This document shows positions 63,992 to 64,000 of a DNA stretch of 64,000 bases, piece by piece. The DNA comes from the human T2T-CHM13v2.0 reference genome, Homo sapiens. Location: NCBI RefSeq assembly GCF_009914755.1, contig NC_060943.1; one strand, 5' to 3'. Each line of letters starts with the position of its first letter. Position 1 is the stretch's first letter. Both the position numbers and the translations under genes were made by a program. The notes under the pieces were generated by a model that worked only from the letters and a program-made list of their open reading frames with translations, was not told the origin of the DNA and ran no database searches.

Positions 63992-64000
63992 TCAGGAGTC

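Overview
Human (hominid) genomic DNA, GC-rich and very Alu-dense, matching the NUMBL-COQ8B (ADCK4) region of chromosome 19q13.2. Two protein-coding genes lie in tandem on the minus strand. NUMBL is complete: 10 coding exons at 26134-49149, all GT-AG, summing to 1824 nt (607 aa plus stop) with an 18-Gln tract. COQ8B is represented by its last nine exons (50701-63873), and its poly(A) signal is only about 1 kb from NUMBL exon 1. The first ~24 kb has no coding exon I can support. It holds dozens of Alus, an SVA that appears to carry a ~0.9-kb 5' transduction inside a TSD-split Alu, a near full-length HSMAR2 mariner with nested Alus and an LTR7-family solo LTR, a Charlie1-like hAT element, MaLR/MIR remnants and an orphan CpG island with a strong CTCF motif. 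The most interesting observations are: (1) the 5'-transducing SVA; (2) a possible NUMBL N-terminus switch, in which exon 2 is bracketed by complementary UG-rich and CA-rich intronic blocks and skipping it turns the weak first AUG into a uORF whose stop overlaps the NUMB-like second AUG; (3) the in-frame COQ8B-to-NUMBL read-through geometry; (4) a higher-order minisatellite in NUMBL intron 9. Nearly all entries of the supplied ORF track are Alu, SVA or low-complexity artefacts. Repeat subfamily names and boundaries come from recalled consensus sequences and are approximate.
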